This document shows, one piece after another, positions 37,101-50,625 of a stretch of DNA of 64,000 nt. Under the pieces are notes generated by a model that worked only from the letters and a program-made list of their open reading frames with translations, had not been told where the DNA came from and ran no database searches. The stretch lies in NCBI GenBank assembly GCA_965113315.1, contig OZ220368.1, one strand, 5' to 3'. The DNA is from Podarcis vaucheri. Its lineage: Eukaryota. A program made the translations under genes and the position numbers. The first letter of the stretch is position 1. Every line of letters begins with the position of its first letter.

Positions 37101-38784
37101 AGAGCCAACCCTTTAATGACGTTTTCCCCTAGGGATCTGACAAACTTGCCCAAACACCCAGTCCCTATAAGGCAAGCTGAATTGTTCAGGCTACTGATAG
37201 CAGTTCAAGTTTCTTCTGAGTTCTCTTGTACCTTCTTCTTTTAGCAATTTCTTGTTTGGCACCAAAGAGGACACTGAACTTCTTGTGCACAGCAGTCACT
37301 GTCTCCCGAGGATGATAATTACATGACAATTAAGAGGAATTTGTTCAGGTGTCAAAATAATGCATCCAAAAGAGCACAGGGATGCAGACTCAGGGGGAGA
37401 TCAAATTTAGCCGATGTAAAGATGTGCAAGACAGATTGCTAGTCAAAACAAATTAGTTATCGCATAGTACACTTAAATACCATTGCATACTGATGTATCA
37501 AGTGGGAAGGAACCACAAAGGCTCTCTAAGGCAGAAACCCGTAGAAACTTAAGACAGAAAAGTGACGTTGCTTCTGTAACTTCCCTAGACAACTTATATC
37601 ACAGTCTGGTCATGCTTTCTGATAGAAGTTCAGAATAGATTTATGCAACTACGGGCACATCCACACTTCTGTTTGGTCCATGTTTTATTCTGTTTCATGT
37701 TTTCTAGGCACAGGTCTGAGAGGTTTTTTTTGTTCGTCCCGCTGGACACAAGTACACACCTCAACAAATGGCTTACTTTAGTTTTTTTCTGCCTTTTAAG
37801 TGCCATCCCTTTCCCTTCTTTTCCTCATATGGGCAATGGCAGTTTATACTATCCAAAGCAAGGCAGGAGACAAGGGTCAGCAGGAAAAGGGCAAATGCAG
37901 AATACGCAAAAACAGTGTTTGACTGACCTTGCCTGGCCTTGAGTACATCATAAAATCCAAAGAGAGAAATGGACACAAAAGCCTTGAACAGTAACCTCAG
38001 TAACTCTAACCCTAAAACAGGATCTTCCATACATTAAGTCTGTATCACTCAGATTTCAGCCTACCCCAGCCATATAATTAAAGTACCAGCAGAGAACTTA
38101 ACCCTAGACAGCACAAACCAGTGAGAAAATCCACTGCTTGGATTACAGTGGGTGAGACGGGGCCCAGCCCCCTTAACTTTTGTGATGTCCTTCTTAGCCA
38201 CAGATTTAGAAGACTGCAGGGGAAACACATTGTGATTTGGCTAAAATTGGTGGGAGCAGGGAGTGGGGCTTGTGGATTTCACCAAAGCCCCCTTACTCTT
38301 TTCCCCATAATATGACATCTTAAAAATGGGATTCTGGTACCCACCCAATTCCTGTGACTGTGATTTACAACAACTCTCGTTGTGCTCCAGATGCAGATGC
38401 ACACACGCCTCTAGCCACTAAGCAATTGTCCCACACAATTCTATACCCTGTGGATCAGGTGCGGCAACAGTGAGACCCCTCCTCCCTGCCAGCTTATGTA
38501 CCCTCCCCTGACAGGTTGTGCACCCACAACCTGAGACGCCTCCTGCACAGAAGTTGTCACTGTTCGAGGAGACAGTGGGGCAGAGGAAGGTGAGGAATCT
38601 ACTGACCCGTCTGTCACCTGAACAGTCTTTTCCTCCATCTTGGACTGCCCTGACTCTCCCTCTTCCCCCTGCCCCAGGTCCTGCCTTGTGGGCAGCGTCA
38701 AACCCCATATGTCACTGGTCCCCTTTCCTGGGTCACTCCCCTTGACCGCTGCCTCCACCACACACACTTCAGAGCCCTGCCAGT

Positions 38785-39215
38785 CCCTGACAAGATGATA
38801 AAGCGTCTGGAAACCAAGTTTTATGAGGAACAATTGAGGGAGTTGGGTATGTTTAGCCTGGATAAGAGGAGAGTGAAGAGGAGAGGAGATAACAATATTC
38901 AGATGTCTAAAGGGCTGTCACATGGAAGATGGGGAAAGCTTGTTTTCTCCTGCTCTTGGGGGTAGGACTCAAGGCAATGGTTTCAAGTTACAAAAAAGGA
39001 AATTCAGACTAAACATCTGGAAGAATTCTCTGACAGTAAGAGCTGTTCAACAGTGGAACCAACTCCATCGGAAGGTGGTGTCCTCTTCTTTATTGGATGT
39101 GTTTAAGCAGAGGTTTAATGGCCATCTGCCATGGATGCTTTAGCTAAGATTCTTGCATTGCAGGGGGTTGGACTAAATAACCCTCAGGTCCCCTTCAAAC
39201 GCTACACTTCCCTGC
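38785..39215 (+). mobile_element. CR1 LINE 3' fragment (ORF2 C-terminus and 3' UTR)
   Basis: ORF 38922..39143 RTQGNGFKLQKRKFRLNIWKNSLTVRAVQQWNQL is the typical CR1 ORF2 tail; 3' UTR cttgcattgcagggggttggacta. Confidence 0.9.
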
Positions 39216-39879
39216 TTCTAAATTCTCAAACAGAACGACCCCCTCACCCCCCCAAAAAAAATCCAGAAAGATTCGCCATTTGTTTAACTGCTTATTTGAA
39301 CCGTGTATGAAAAACTGCCTACTACTTTGGAGCATTTTAGGAATCACATCTTTTGTTTCCTCAAGTCCTGAGAAAACATCTACTACAACATTTAAATAGT
39401 CAGGACCTTAGGGAGGGTGGATCTAAGCATTACAAGACACACAGCGCTACTTCTGAAAGTGGCAGGTTCCCCTTGACAATGCCTAGTACAACTTACTGTA
39501 TGTCTTGCCACAAGTGTGGAGGAGAATCACACCGTTTAATGATGTCAGGATACAGGGTGAGTTGAACTAGAGGTTGGAGAGAAGGGGGAGTTTAACTGAA
39601 GGCTTAGTTCCACCCTAGTTTAAAGCTTAGTTCCACGCTCACTGAGGCTTATGTAGAGATAAGGAAGAGCACAAGTTTGCCAGGATTACAGTCACAGGTA
39701 TGGTACCCAGTGAGTTCAGACAGCAGAGGTCTGTGCTTCTGCTGAACAGTGCCAACTCCATGGCCCCTCCAGCCCAATATTCCATGTCCAGGAGTGGTCA
39801 GCTCTCTATTTCTGCCACAAGGAGCTGAGTCTCCAGCTCCTGATTCTAAGCCCACAGCTGCCCATCCTCAGCAAGAGGA

Positions 39880-40380
39880 AGATGGATTGAGCTGGGCAAT
39901 AATTTAAGAAACTGAGCGAGTCTGTACATCCAATCACTTTACAAATCAGGAGAAAGGGAGAGAGGAGGAAGGGGGGAAGGGGAAAGAAGTGAAAAGGCCG
40001 TGCAGGGAAATGCATCACAATTACTGTCTAGTCTCTAATGAGGGGCCTGTCAGGAGGCTGTCATCCTGCGGAAAGCCACCTACTCAGAGAGATTCAATAA
40101 AAAAGTAGCAGAGAGATAAAAAAGAGATATATTTCAACCCCTGCTAATATTCTTTTCATTTGTCCCAGCACAAAATAAGATACTGCACTTAACCAGCTCG
40201 GTTAAAATGAAAGGGGGGGAGGGGGCTGCGTTGATCAATACCGCTAAAAGCTGGGCGACACAGTGATGGAGTGCAATTTTTTTGTCTGTGCTGAAGCCTA
40301 GTAGAGGCCCAGGCTGTGTAATTTATGATTCGCACGCACGCCAGCTAACTAGAGGCTGACAAGACAATGAATTCTCGATG
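39880..40380. promoter_or_regulatory. Candidate conserved intronic enhancer
   Basis: Tandem ctgtca (40047, 40058), tttatga, tgacaagacaatg. Confidence 0.45.
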
Positions 40381-41452
40381 AGAAGGAAGAAAGAAAGAAG
40401 ACACCGTGGCAGAGATCTGAAAGAAAGAGCCACACACACCAGTCTGTCCTTCCTGAGCTCTTCATTCCCTAAGCCCACCTGGGCAGCCAGCTCCATGAGC
40501 AATGGAGGGAAAGTGTTGCCCTCATCCCAGCAGAGAAAGAATGGAAAACTAGTAACATACCTAGATTCACTGACACTAAACTTTCCACACTTGTCACCTC
40601 ATTCTATGTCATTTCCTATGGTCAATCTGAAGAAATCCAAGCTTCAAAGGAAGGCAGATATGGTCAGCATATACAGAGACCTTTGCCTAGTGTCTGGGGC
40701 AAGGGATATAAATAATGCTAAATTTATATATTGACTGGCTTGTATAGGTGCTTCACTTGATGATATGATGACCTCCTATGTATAACTTTCTTAGTATTTC
40801 CTTTAACTGTCCCCTCCCCTTTCCAGGCTTCACTTTCCTTTTACTAGGTTACTGGTGCATTTATGTTAGTATTGTGGAAGATGTTATAAGCTTATTCAAT
40901 AAAATAATAATTAAAGGGGGTGGGGGAAGCTTTAAAGGAAGCCACCAGACCACTCCTTCCATGCTGGGGAGCAGCCTGTTCATGAGAAAATTTGACTTTA
41001 GTTCTAAATCATTAGAAGCTGCTTTGATCCTTGGTCTCACACTCAGTTTCTAACAAACACCTGACTGAGTCATAATGGATCACCACACATAACTTTTATA
41101 TGCATGCCCCAGTCATTTATTTTTTATTCAAGCTAATGATCACTTTGCAAGAGGTACTCAAAAATAAGAACAATGATAAGTACATCCACAGATGAAATGA
41201 AACACCAGCTTCCTTCCTAACCAGCCTGAACTGTTTCTGATGGTGTAACATGGAGTTTTGCTTTTGTAAGATAGATTCTGCCCTGACAAAGGGGAGGGTA
41301 CATAAGCACGGTCTTTGGTACAGCTGGCTACTAGATGATTCACAGAAACTGCAGAAATACAAATACAAGAGAATCCAGAGTAATGATGATGATCAATTGC
41401 CATGAGAACTAGGTGAGGTTATGGGAGCAAGAACTGGGTGAGGATTCCTCTA

Positions 41453-41593
41453 CAGTGGGGATGGGGGACCTGTGAATCTCCAAATATTGTTGAATTACAA
41501 CTCTAATCACCCCTGACCACTGGCACTGCTGGCTAAGGATGATGGGAGTTGTAGTCCAACAACATCTGGGGATGCAGGGTTGGGGAATGCTGC
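41453..41593. mobile_element. hAT-type squamate MITE
   Basis: Palindromic core tacaactctaatca...gatgggagttgtagtccaacaacatctgg; related copies at 53000-53080, 59215-59338 and 62878-63015. Confidence 0.7.
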
Positions 41594-42134
41594 TCCAGAA
41601 CACTAGTAATCAACTGGCCTTGCTCTGCTTGGCTGCTATGTGTATTACTAAGCTTGTAGGATTTAGTAGACAGTTGTTACAGTTCCTTTGTATGAAGTTA
41701 GAAGTTTTCTGCTACTAGGCAAAGGAGTGATCATAAGAAAAGAGCAACTGCCAGATTTGATCAAATGACTTGTCTATCTTCTTCAAGATCCTGTCTCTTT
41801 AGAGTAAGCAGTGTCAAACTGCATCAGAGAACAGTATACATGGAATGGAGCAATCTTAAAAGAATCCATTTTACATAATTCACTTTGTGTTTATGTCAGA
41901 GATTTAGGAGCTCTTGAAGCACGAGGCTCAACTGTTAGTCAATTCTTTGACCTCCTCCATGCACTTGCTGATTTAGAGTTTGTGAGTGCATCATATACAT
42001 ATTTTTTGGGGGAAGGGGGGTGTTTGTGTGTGAGAGTCTGTATGTATGTATGTATGTTTGTGCATGCTAGTTTTTGAAACTGTCTTCCATCCCTAAGTGA
42101 ATTGTGGCCTCTACAGACTATCAATGGGCCTCAG

Positions 42135-42395
42135 TCAGAGGAGGGGAAACTCAGGCCTCTCTATCTAACCCACAAAACTCTCCCCAGGACACATCCTTCA
42201 CTGGCCCTGCTTTGCACCAGGAGTGTTTTTTGCCTGGCTAGGAGGGATCCTTGAACTTTGATAATGCCTCCTGCTACCGTATAAAGGCAAAATTTACATT
42301 TGCTGCCTGGCCCCTCCCACCACTGTCATGTGGTACTCAGAAGGTTGCCCAGAAGGGAATGTGGTCGTTGGGCTGAAAAAAGTTTCCTACCCCTG
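42135..42395. mobile_element. hAT-like non-autonomous element
   Basis: Termini cagaggaggggaaact / agtttcctacccctg; shares gcccagaagggaatgtgg with a fragment at about 13600-13735. Confidence 0.55.
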
Positions 42396-43369
42396 GCCAA
42401 AGTAGATCAGACCTCCCACCTCTTTAAATTTCAGCAAACAGAAGCTGCAGTGGGAAGAGATGGATATTGGATTGGACCCATGGGCTTAACCCTTTCCCCC
42501 AGCACAGTTTTTCTGATTAAAATTTCCCCTAGCCCCATTAAAAGAAATGTATGTGGACAAGCTATTTTCTTCTTCATATTTACTGTTCATACTTGCTTTA
42601 ATTTAATTCCCCCTCCTCCAAATATTTTCCTTTACTTGTACACAACTTTGAGCATCTTTTGGTGTAGGAAAGGGCATATATTTAAATTAAAAGAAAAAGG
42701 AGATCCGATCACAGATTCTGTACTCTCATGGTTTGGGTAAATGTGTAGTAAGGCCAATCCATACCTTTTGTTGTCAGTGGATGCTGGATGTTGAGCTGAA
42801 GCTGGAAGGTTCATGGGTGTGGTCTCTGGTGCAGCTAAGATTTTTCTAGCATCTTATTCAGAAGATTTATGTGAGTATTGGCAAGAGGGACAGTTAAATA
42901 CGTAAGTTCTGCCTGTGTCCTCAGAAGCTAACCGAGATCAGGGACAAGTACAGGAGGGGAGCGCAGATGTGGGCAACAATCAGATGGATCAAGCCACTGA
43001 AACAGCAGCAGCTGGTGTGGGACCAATATCTTCATGAGCATATGCTTTTATTTTAGCATTTACACTTCCTCAACTTGCATAGAACAATTGTTGCAAATCT
43101 CTGGCCCTCCTGATTATGTAAATAAGCTTAAAACTACCACTAACTCAAATGTTAAAGGAAGGCAAAAATGCATGACTATGCAATAGCCATGGATTTAAAT
43201 GTAGCCTTCTGCTTGTGAGGGGCACCTCCCCACCCACCCCTCCTGACTTGAATAGTTTGACTAGGTAGGGCTTATGGTGCAGAGACAGGTGTTATGAGAG
43301 CTAGTTGTATGTTGTACAATAGTAGCACAGGAGTCCTCAAACACCATGCCAGAAATTACTTTCTCTTGG

Positions 43370-43960
43370 CTAAGGAGAGCCCTGCTGGATCCCAGCAAAG
43401 GTCGTTCTATCCAAACATTCTGTTTCTACATGGTAGCCAACTAGATGCTTCGAAGAAGCCAATAGCCAGGGCAGGAAAACAATGGCCCACAACTGCTGCT
43501 GATCCCTAGCAAATGGTACTCAGAGGCATACTACCTCTGATTTTGGAGGTAAGACAACCATTATGACTGGTGGGCATTTATATAGCTTTATCCTCCATGA
43601 ATTAGTATAATCCCCTTTTAAAAGCATCTAAGCTAGTGGCCATCACATACATTGTATGAAGAAGTTCTTTATTTTGTCTATCTTGAGTCTACTGCCAATC
43701 AATTTCATTTGATAATCTTGAAATCTGCAGTATACCTACTATTATAAACCTCTATCGTCTCCCGATCATCATCTCCCCTCTTCCCAAACTAGGAAGTCCC
43801 ACACTTACACCTTTCCTGGTGAGATGATTCTTCAATCCCTTGGTCACTATGGTTGCCCTGTTCTATATCTTTTCCAACTCTACAGCATCCTCTTTGAAAT
43901 AGGGTGATCAGAACTGTACACAGCATTCCAGATGGGACCACACTATAGATCTGGAAAAGG
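43370..43960 (-). mobile_element. Older CR1-type LINE fragment
   Basis: gatcagaactgtacacagcattccagatg (reverse complement HLECCVQF, the CR1 LEYCVQFW motif) and cctgctggatc...aaagg 3' region. Confidence 0.65.
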
Positions 43961-45937
43961 CAAACTCATCTCCTCTTTAAATTGTGTTCAAATGTAGGGT
44001 TTACAAATATATTTGGTCTCACTCTTACTAGTCTAATAGCCCTTGAGTATTCTGTATACACAAGGTATGCTAAAACTCCAAGTATCTCCATGGTCAGGGG
44101 TCTAGCTAAAAAAAACAACACCTATTGGCCAAAGTTACTGACTCATGTTTTTCTAGTCAACGATGGCAGAAATTTTCACACTATTTAAAGAAGTGGAAAC
44201 TAAAATATCCTACACACAGTCCATATCTAACTGTTTTAGAGGAATACCCTGGGAACAACAATAGTGGAGCAACTGGAGGAACTAACTAGCTCCCTCTAGT
44301 TCTAAATGTGCGTTTCAGGCTTTTGAACTAAAATATATAGATCTGACAAGTAAGGAATGAAAAGCTCATGAATGGTCAACATGGCCTACATCCTCTGAAA
44401 AGGAGAAAGCATTATAAAGACTACATGGACTAGCAATCTGGAGGAAACAGAATCAAGATCGCTTTGTAGCCCAATCCCACCACCAGACAGGATGAGAGGA
44501 ACATAGGGTACCTCAAGACAAAAACCCAAAACCTGTGTAGTGGCTACAATTCTACATGCTCATTTCTAGAATGGATGTGGCACAAATGGGTGACAGCCTA
44601 CAGCTCTGTAGTTTTCCAACTACAGAGTATACACAATCCCTATTCCTTCCTGGTTTGCACTCCATCTCTAATACCAATAGAACCGGGTGTTTCAGAGGGC
44701 AGCACCAGCCAGTCCCCAATATAATGACTCCCAGTTCCATCAGAGTTTCTATTTTTCCCTTAGCTGGGGATATTTATAAACTTGTGGAAGGCTATATACC
44801 CTTATGCTTGTAGCATTAAATGTTCTAACACAGTGTTCCCTGCATAAAGTTCATGCAAAGAACATCGTGAGATAGGAGCCACTTATTATTATTTTTATTT
44901 TAGTTCCATTTCTTTGTAGGTGTGACACTCAGGAACCATCTTGCACAAGGCAGCAGCTCCAGTTCTTTCCCACAAAACAACCTTTTAGGCAGCACTTGTC
45001 CTTGACTTAGAGGGCAACTTGCTAGGTTGGTGATATACTGAGATGCCTATAATTTGAAGCAGTGACGGGGCAGAGCCCTCCACTCTTTCTTCTCCATTCC
45101 TTTCCCGCAGCATTGCCCTCCCTCCTCCCACTAGCTTGGTGAGACAAGGGGGAGGGTAAAGCACACATACTGAAAACACAGATATTGAACTGTCAAAACT
45201 ATTTCCTACAAGAAAATAGATTCATCAGCTTGCAGCAGGCAGGGTCAACGCCACATATCCCTCTCGCGTCGGCATCCGCTCATGCCGGCGCATACCCAAT
45301 GCTTCTTCGCAGTGCCGGCACTTTAGCTTGTAGCTCAGGGCCCCTAAGTGACTTTGAGAAATGGATAATCGATTATAATTCCAGAGGCCTCTCTGCAGAT
45401 TTATCCGGAGAATGTAGAAAAGGCAGAGCTCAAGAGAAGGTAGGTCCTTCTGGCCGGCACGTCAATTGCTCGCACTCTCTCTCCAGCTTGGAAAATCACA
45501 TCCTGAGCACGACTCCGTTTAATCCATCAGTACACAATCAATGCACTCTGTAATCAACTCTTGATCACTTAATTTTACACATGTTGGCTGAATCCCTTTG
45601 TTTAATCACAAGATCAGGCCATATCGCCAGGCTGCCCCCTCTTGCACCACCAAACACAACCAGACGCCTTCATTTCACCTTGAGGAAGACCTCAGTGAAT
45701 TTAGAAAGCTCACAGACAGGGCAGGAGCAGGGGGCAGCACAGTAGGGAACCAAAATTTTTAAAAAAGAAGAGGGGTGAAGCAGTGAGGAAGGAAGGAAGG
45801 AAGGAAGCCAACAAACAAACAAGGAAGGAAGGATTTAAGCTCAATTGCTCCAAATATTTTGTCTTCTCTGAAACAAAATCTGTTTAATTTGTCTTGCTGT
45901 TTCTCCAAAATCCCCAGAGCACTATATATTTCCCCTG

Positions 45938-46085
45938 CCATTTTATTTTCTCAATTACTCTGTGAAGTAAGCTAAGTGGACAAATAGTGAGTGGCCCAAG
46001 TTCACCCAGTTAGCTTCACAGCTCAGCTGGGCTTGAATTCTGGGTCTCCCTGGTCCTAGTTAGTCACTCTAACCACTGCAGCACA
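45938..46085 (-). mobile_element. Squam3/MIR-like SINE, degraded
   Basis: ggcccaagttcacccagttagcttcacagct...tctaaccact. Confidence 0.6.
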
Positions 46086-46544
46086 TTTTAAATCTTTTTT
46101 ATTCTGAGTCCTGCAATACTCCTAAATGTTCTGACAAACTTTCCTCTGCCTCAATTGTACTATAATATGGAAAATATAAATGACTATGCTATCAAACTAT
46201 TTTTTAAAAAACTGCACTGGATCACCCTGCCTCAGAGCTGTACTGAAAGAATATACAGGATGAGATTATGCAAGTATGAGCAAACTTAATTTTACCTTCT
46301 ACTTTATAAATGAATGGTTGGATATTATTAAAACACTGTGGTAAGAACAAAACCTTTTCTCTACACCTGACAGCAGCTGACCGCTCTCCATTCCACAGAC
46401 AGTGAGCCAGAGGAAGAGCATTGCATCTCAACAGAGACACACTGGATTCCCTAATGGTCCTTATAATATTCAAGCACTGTTTCTACTTTCCCTCTCCCTC
46501 TCTTCTCACCCCCTATTGTAGTGATGGGCACTACAATGGGCATT

Positions 46545-46622
46545 GAGCAAAAGGTTCCTGCATCGCAGGTGATTGGGCTAGAGGACCCTCGGGGTCCCTT
46601 TCAATTCTGTGGCTCTATGTGA
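46545..46622 (+). mobile_element. CR1-type 3' tail
   Basis: ttcctgcatcgcagg...tagaggaccctcggggtccctttcaattctg. Confidence 0.6.
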
Positions 46623-48042
46623 TGATCTTATTGTATCTGACTGTGCGAAGTGTGTGACATTGATAAAGCAAGAACCAATACAGATTACGTTTGTTAAAAA
46701 GCCAGCATCTAATTCTACAATTCCTGGTCACCCATATATACAAATACCAGTGATATAGTATTTTTGAGCAAAAACGCTACAAAAACATTTAAATATTTGG
46801 CTGCAATAACACACACACATATACACACTAGCAGCAAAGGAGGCTATGTTTTAAAAAAGGCAGATGTTTAAAGAGGATGCTGGTGGTGGCTCCCCTATAG
46901 GAAGAGGTCTTCAAAGAGCCCCTGGCGTTACACACTTCTCAGCAGGGAAGGAGAAGCTTGCACAAGATGAAACACAAATAAATGATAGCCAGTACAAAAG
47001 ATACACACTGAAAATCCGAAACCTCACACTGGCCAGCTGTGCTTTCACTGGCATCTGAACATAAGCAAGGCATAACATGAACCCAGCTTGGTTATTGTGA
47101 AACTAGGTACATATTTGTAAAAATGCCTGCCTGGCTTTTAATTGGAACAGCCATCCCCTGAATCACCATTTCATTTCCATTCATGGATCTGTTAATAGAG
47201 TGTAGACTGAACCACTACACCAGTTAAGAAAGGCTGCTCAAAGGTACAAATGATTCAAGCTTTGCACTTGTAGTTTGTGACAGAAAGCCAGTCTTCTTCC
47301 ACTCTGTCTAAAGTGATACTTTTACTTGCTGAATGGGAACAGAAAAGGATCAAGAGTTGGGGATGGTCTGTGGATTTCCTTCCTCTTTGTATCATACCGT
47401 TTCCATTGCAGATGAATTAATCAGTGAAGAGACTAAAGAAGACAGACTGGTCATCTTTTTTTTTTTTAAGGGCTTAAATCCCACTGATTTCAATCAAAGC
47501 ATGTAAAGCACATGCTTAATTTCCCCACTGTGTTAGTGGAACTTATAATGCTTAACTCTGGCTGGACTGCATCCCAAATCAGTATTTTGCTAAAGGAGAA
47601 GCTCACTGAAGCAAAGACTAGACTGGAAACCATGCAGCCAGTCCTAGATGAAAACATATCACAATCTCTGCAGAGAAGGAATGGAAAGAAAATAGAATAA
47701 AAAGTGACTCTCATCTACTGCAAGATAATAGGAAGAAAAGTTACACTTCCTGATGCCCTACCCAAACACTTCTGCTGCCCCTGGGAAAAATGGCTGGTGG
47801 TGGGACTGGGATGCCAGTGGCCAGTGACAGTAATGGGGAAGGATTCAGTAGCAATGATGGCCAGGAGAGAAGAAACAGTGAGGCTGATTAAGTCTGTGGG
47901 TTTCGAGTTGAGGAACAGGATTCTCTGCCTTAGACACAACCAAGCAAAAAGGTGAGGCCCCTTACTGACTCCGACCCCTCCTTCAAATACATACTGAAAG
48001 CAGGGTAGATCCCTTATTTTTGTATCCCATTTTTCCTCCAAG

Positions 48043-48327
48043 CAGTGGAGATTGGTTCATTAGGGCCAATGGGGCACTGCCCCAAGAACCTCAGTCTGCC
48101 CTCAGCCAGCCCAACCTGCCTGCCTGCTTACAAGTAGTTGAGGCGGGGGGGGGGGGGGACTGATGTCAGCCTCATCCTCCTGAGACTCTGTTCTGCCCCT
48201 TGTAGAACTTAGCAGGGGACAGAGCTAGAATTAGTTGTCTCTGTCTGTCACTGGCTCTGGATCTGTCCAGTGTTTGGAGCTCCATGCTTTCTGCCCTACT
48301 AGTTGCAATGGGGGCCAGCCACCACTG
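48043..48327. mobile_element. Non-autonomous DNA transposon remnant
   Basis: Imperfect termini cagtggagattgg / ccagccaccactg. Confidence 0.4.
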
Positions 48328-48355
48328 GCTCCAAGCAGCTGCAGGCAGTGTACAG

Positions 48356-48706
48356 AAGTGTTTTTCAACCACTGTTCCGCGGCACACTAGTGTGCCGCGA
48401 GATGTTGCCTGGTGTGCCGTGGGAAAAATTGAAAAATTCAAAAGATTTTTTTTTAAAAAAAAAAAGTCATTTTTTTGCCCACTAGGCGGGCGCCGGACTG
48501 TGTCCACCCTATTTTCCACCCGTCCTGGGTGGGGATCAGATCGGATGGGATCAGATGAGAGCGGACAGGCGGTCTGCTCTCATCCGATTCCCCATAGAGA
48601 GCAGCGGGGCTCTGACATCTCCCTCTCCGCACACAGTGGTGGTGTGCCTCGTGATTTTTTTCATGAAACAAGTGCACCTTTGCCCAAAAAAGGTTGAAAA
48701 ACACTG
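48356..48706. mobile_element. Young hAT MITE with TIR and 8-bp TSD
   Basis: TIR (a)agtgtttttcaacc / ggttgaaaaacactg; perfect TSD gtgtacag at 48348-48355 and 48707-48714; CpGs retained. Confidence 0.9.
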
Positions 48707-48714
48707 GTGTACAG

Positions 48715-48875
48715 GATTCTCTCATTTTATCCTCACAACAACCCTGTGAGTTGGTCTAGGCTGATAGACAGTGACTGGCTCAAGGTCACCCACTGAACTT
48801 CATAGCTGAGTGGGGATTTGAACCCTGGTCTCCCAGGTCCTAGTCTATGAAATTCTAACCACTACACAACACCAC
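48715..48875 (-). mobile_element. Squam3/MIR-like SINE
   Basis: ttatcctcacaacaaccctgtgag...caaggtcaccc...gatttgaaccctgg...taaccactacac. Confidence 0.8.
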
Positions 48876-48999
48876 CTCTCTTTTCTGTCACCCTGTTATT
48901 GACATGTCAGCACAAACAGGACAATTTATGCTTTATTCTCCAATGATTCTTTCCCCCTCTTTTTTCAGAGGGTGGTGCAGGAATAAGGGGAGAAACAAC

Positions 49000-49350
49000 A
49001 ACCTGCCAAGCACTAATTAATATTTAATTTACTGCAAAATGTACTTATTATTTCCAAGTAATTGGCCGGCCGCACAGCTGTGGCCACTAATGAACACAGA
49101 GAGCACCAACATGAGGGGAGGGGGAAGGGCAGGCAGAGGGACAGAGTGCGTGGGGGGGCATCTCTCTTATTTCTCTCTCCTTCTCTGATCACATCACATT
49201 GCCAGGGTTTAAAGTGCATAATAAGCAAACATAAATGCCTTTGATTTCGTTCTTTTTAAAAAAATCAAAAAATGCCTGTGACGCCGCTAATGGGTCATGT
49301 TTAGCTTATTGCACTTTGATCGCTCTATTACAGCATTGACAATAACTGGA
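49000..49350. promoter_or_regulatory. Candidate conserved intronic enhancer
   Basis: ctaattaa, two ctttgat TCF/LEF motifs (49239, 49314), CpG retention. Confidence 0.45.
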
Positions 49351-50588
49351 GAGAACAGGAACAACAGGAAGGGGGTGGGGTGGGGGCTGGGGAAAGCTAA
49401 GGGAGGATAAAGAGCTTTGGAAAGTGTCATTGGCAAACTGGAATAACACTGCAGCTCAGCCTCAGTGTGGTGAAAACAGGCAACAGCCGCTTGCTGTGAT
49501 TGCCTGCATAGATTCCCAATACATGAGGCCCTCTGCATCATTCTCTCCACTAGCTGAGTCTGGTTCCCTGATCGAGCTGTTGGTTTGCTTCTCTCTGCAG
49601 GATGGGAAATATTATTTTAGTGGCTAACAAAGACCAGCTCTGTTGTTAATTGGCAGGGGGTCTAGGCAGGTTCTTTGAAGTGGCACATTCATTTGGCAGA
49701 AATGGTAACTGAGAATATTCCTGGGCAAAGGGCCAGCACAGAGCTTTGAACACACACATCTTTCTCAGTGTTGGTGTACAACTGGAAACTTTGGGGTGTC
49801 CAGGTCTCACAAAGACTCATTACTTGGTTGTGCAGGGGACTTTAGAAAGGCACCTCTGGAACTTTTGGGAGAGCCCATCCCATGTGGAGCATGGAGCCTG
49901 CCATTGTTTTACATGGAATGGAGATCAGGATACTGAAATGGTAGAGGTAGCAGTCCAAAATAAGTCAACATGTTCCTTATACTAACCTTCACAATGCAGC
50001 TGATTTTACCTCAGGATTCCAACTTCCTCTAAAACCTGCTGATGTCATTCCTTTTCACTTGGGGCAAACTATGTTAAATGTTGGTGTTGACACTCAACAG
50101 TCAATCATCCAATTCTATGAGTGTAAAACTTATCCCTGAAGGGCAGAAGACATTGGAAACCAAGCAAGGATATCCTACGTCCCAGATACTAAAAAACAGG
50201 AATCTAATACTTTTGGGGGGAAATTTGACATGGTACAATCTTTCCTGAATCGTACCACTTCAGACTGCAAATAGGGGATTAGATCAATGCCACAGTAACA
50301 AGTGTTGTTTGGACTGTCCAACAGCTGATATTTTTCAATTGCTGAGCTGGTCCTTAAAAGAGGGTGCAAAACAAGCTAAAAGCCATGTTGACTCACCTTC
50401 ACCTCTAATCCTTGTAGACACACTGATTCAGTAGCTTGGTGTTCACAGATATTCTTGGCCAGTAGTACCAAGCAGAGGCCTTAGCTTTATGTTATAAGTT
50501 CAGTTTGCAAAGATCTGAAGGCCTCATAACTCTTTTGACACCAGCTAAAATGGTGTAAACCTGAATGGTTTTCACTTGTCACTGTAAG

Positions 50589-50590
<2 letters not shown>

Positions 50591-50624
<34 letters not shown>
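50591..50624. repeat. (GT)n microsatellite
   Basis: Direct observation. Confidence 0.95.

Positions 50625-50625
<1 letters not shown>

Noticed and set aside
38418-38833. Ser/Gly/Pro-rich ORFs before the CR1 fragment
   Set aside because: Low-complexity translation with no recognisable homology or exon borders.
45675-45712. Hammerhead-like string ttgagga...gaaagct
   Set aside because: Lacks the CTGANGA core and pairing stems; at most a decayed Penelope remnant.
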